From positions 218,879 to 282,878 of the forward strand of contig WELA01000805.1 of assembly GCA_009602735.1 (NCBI GenBank): a DNA stretch of 64,000 bases, written 5' to 3'. A program made the position numbers and the translations under genes. Below the pieces are notes generated by a model. That model made no database searches, had not been told where the DNA came from, and saw only the letters and a list, made by a program, of their open reading frames with translations. Source of the DNA: Mesotaenium endlicherianum (Eukaryota). Of this stretch, positions 61,001 through 64,000 are shown piece by piece; the first letter of the stretch is position 1; each line of letters opens with the position of its first letter.

Positions 61001-62814
61001 CCCAATGACACTTCTTACTACTAAACCCAGCTTGCCTTGGTGCTCTACTTTCACATGAAGAGCTTCCATAGATGCACCAAAATCTGCCCCTTAACTATGC
61101 CATCACACAACTAATGGCACACACGCTTCAAGTAGGAGACATCTCTTGCACTAGCCCTCTTGCACCAACTTCATACCTTGCTTCTTCTTCTACACCATAG
61201 GCTCGTCTTCATCTTAGCTCTCAACCTTAACTACTCCATAGTAGTCTCCTCCATAAGAAAAAGAAAAATCTGAACTTGGAAGGCTCCATCTCCACTTATT
61301 TTGCTTGAAGAAAAGTCTGCATCACTTCTTCTTGCTCCAAGCCTTCTCCACGGCGCTTCTCTTCACTTGAGGCTTCTCCAATCTCCATACAAAGTGCCAA
61401 GCTCCANTCCATCATGGCTGGCCACCATATCCAGTGGCTATATAGAAGTGATGCAAGGCAACTCAAATCTGGCCACATACTTGGCCAACTTGGTGCAACA
61501 TTCCGGTGCACCCTCTCTTGAGCTCCTCATGAGCTCCTCTTGAGCTTGCGAGTGCTATGCCCGCCAAAGCTCCTAGACCTGCAAATACACATGCTTGCTA
61601 AGTCCCTGGTTGCCTACCCTTAAAATCTGCTCCACCTTCATTGAAGATCTGATATAAAGATGGGCACACACTCCTTTCTAGCCACTATCACCTCTATGCT
61701 AAGCCCCCTCATCAAAGAAAGAGCTTAACACTAAAGAGCTTGCATCTTCAAGGAAAAATCCAGCCGTGTGAACTCCAGATTTTCTTCATGCTCATATGTC
61801 TCCATACTCAAGCAAAGGCTGCTCTATATTACTTATATCACTACCATGCTTGGGCAACCTTCTTATACTACAAAGAAGACGTACAACAATCTGGTTGCAT
61901 CCAAGTTGACACTTCTTGGAGCACCTCCCTCTTCCATCTCCTCCCTCCTTCAAGAGAGTGAGATGCTAGCTTGCATCAACGTCTTCATGGCTGCCCTTAG
62001 CAACTTATAAATCATCCTTGCTTCTCCTCTCTACCCTCTCTACACTCCTACAAGCATCACCAACCAAAGCTCCCTCCTCCAAATGAAGCAACTAGGTAGC
62101 TCCGATACCATGTGAAAGGGGGAAGGGTGCGGGGAGTGCGCCCATACACACTCACGCACCCTCACCCGCGAGTGGAAGCGTGCACGAGGACCTTTCCTAG
62201 TTGCATACACAAGGTGGAGTGGCCTGGTGGTATGCCACCCTTGCAAGAGTTAGAGGGCTACATGAGAGAGGAGTGGAAAAGAACTCACTTTATTAAGAAA
62301 AGTCGTGTACAAGATAAGAAGGTTAGACTAGACTAAGCCCCCTTTACTTCCTTATGCTTCCCATTTATCCTTTAACTCTAAGTGTCCTCTCTAGCAAGGT
62401 ACCTCCAGAACCTTCTCCTATGGCTCCTTCCATGTACTTGACCTTGCCTAGTTGGACAAGCTAGCACACTCACACGCACACAATCACACTCTAGAATATT
62501 CTACTACGCAATCCACTAACTCCTCACGGAGTTTCTAGAAATTCCACGATCACTTTGGCACTCTCCGTAATTGTACGTACCCTCATGTTTCAATGTCCTA
62601 CTTTCTGGACTCCAACCGAAATTTTCGTCACTGGACCTGTCCTTGTCACTAAATAGAATCTGTGACATAAAAAATTCACTAAAAACTTCCAAAATTCATA
62701 ACTATCTCAATACTTGTCCAAATGACTTGAAATAAAGGCCAAAGTTCTTCTAAAATCACACTCTATGCATATAAAATACTAGAAAGAAACAAACTACACT
62801 TTCATAACCTTACA
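58092..62814 (-). mobile_element. Non-autonomous LTR retrotransposon D (LARD-like derivative of family A) nested in element C
   Basis: LTRs 62113-62814 (5') and 58092-58857 (3'), nearly identical. TSD GCGGG at 58087-58091 and 62815-62819. PBS TGGTATCGGAGC 62099-62110. PPT 58858-58871 identical to A/C. The 3.2-kb interior has no intact ORF. Confidence 0.95.
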
Positions 62815-64000
62815 GCGGGTCTAACGGGTGGCTTGCTCCTTGATTCCAACTCAATCTTGTGCTCTATATCTCTCTGTGGAGGTAATCCTGGAGGTAGCTC
62901 CACAGGAAGCACGCACTTGAACTCCTCCAACAGCGCCTTAACTTGGGCAGGCATCTCAGCAGGCTTCTTCTTCTCTTAAGCAATTGGGCTCTGCTCCTTC
63001 TGAGCAAGGGGATCAGACACCACTACTTGCTCCTCTGGCGACGCGCGCTTGCCCAGGCTTTTAGAATTCACGCTTGCTCCATTTGATGACCGAGCCAGGG
63101 CCACTAAAAATAGGTACATCGCCCTTCACCTGATTCGCCCTGCAAAACTTCTTAACTTGCAGGCTCGACAAAAGACAGTTACTTGTGGTCGTGTCTACCT
63201 CCACCTGTTTCGCTGTCTCCATTCGACCATCACGCCCTTGGATTTTCACTTGTACCGTGCTCCAGTGCACTTGAGGGTCGGCTTTTCTCAGCTATGGTCG
63301 GCCCAATATCACCTCATGGTGACCTAGCTCTGTCTGCTCCATAACTTCCTTACGCAGGTGCCCAGCTACTTCCACGTGAATAGCTTCCGTAGGTGCACCA
63401 CACTTGAGTCTCTGCCCATTCGCCAAAATTGCCTCCTTAGGCTCATAATGCTTCTGCACAGGGATTCGCCACTCTTTGGCCAGCTTCTTGTGCACAAAAC
63501 TTGCACTTGCGCCACTGTCGACCATACACTTCGCCTTGTTGCCGTCGACCACTCCTTCCACGATAATAGGCTTGTCAACGACTCGTCTTTCACTTCTCGG
63601 CAGGCTCCTGGGTATAACCTCCTTGTGGATTCCCATCTTCACGCCAGTAGACACCCCAGAACGACTTACTGGCGTCCTCCTTTTTCCTGTTGCTGAGATT
63701 GCATCGCCTTCACACGACAGTCTCGACCCAGATGCCCAAGCTTGCCACAATTATAGCAGGGTCCTCTTGGCTTAAAATTCTGCTGCCTGCGCTAGTATTG
63801 AACAAGTCCCAACTCCATAGGTACTGGACCTTGAACACTCGTGCTTGGCACTTGAGAGTCAAAGTGTCGACATCCTCCAAAGTTGTGGCTGCCCCACTGC
63901 CTCTAACTATACTCCACAGCGTTGACCCTTGTTGCCAATGCCATCATTTCTCCAAGACTGGTAGGGTCCTTGAGCGCCACTTCCTTGGCCACAATTGGCT

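Larger units (their letters stand above)
54110..64000 (-). mobile_element. Chromovirus element C (family A), 5' part beyond the window, with two nested insertions
   Basis: 3' LTR 54110-54864 is the reverse complement of the A LTR (terminal CA mutated to TA). PPT 54865-54878. Chromo/IN 54852-56040, IN/RH/RT 56554-58086, protease and gag 62820-64000 are collinear with element A. Confidence 0.96.

Overview
Eukaryotic nuclear DNA with GT-AG introns, plant-type genes and Ty3/gypsy chromoviruses. It is most consistent with a green plant lineage, probably a streptophyte alga (inference). Left gene block (1-25.3 kb): a partial DnaJ-like zinc-finger gene (-), a 13-exon tail-anchored golgin-type coiled-coil gene (+), an intronless Obg GTPase (-), and a subtilase lacking its catalytic Asp/His region (+). 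Middle (28.8-45.1 kb): two full-length but degenerate chromoviruses, A and B, each with LTRs, PBS, PPT and a 5-bp TSD, plus an inverted relic of a B-like LTR. Right: a GNAT6-like acetyltransferase (+) convergent with an 8-exon coiled-coil gene (-), two identical tRNA-Lys(CUU) genes, and a second family-A chromovirus (C, -, running off the window) carrying a nested solo LTR and a nested young non-autonomous derivative (D). Best leads: (1) element B has a ~1.7-kb extra ORF of unknown function between duplicated polypurine tracts, with an in-frame splice route from the gag ATG; (2) both chromovirus families have -1 frameshift signals whose hairpin contains the gag stop; (3) both tRNA-Lys genes share a structured 3' trailer followed by a second copy of the tRNA 3' end. 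All gene models and similarities were read by eye and none was searched.
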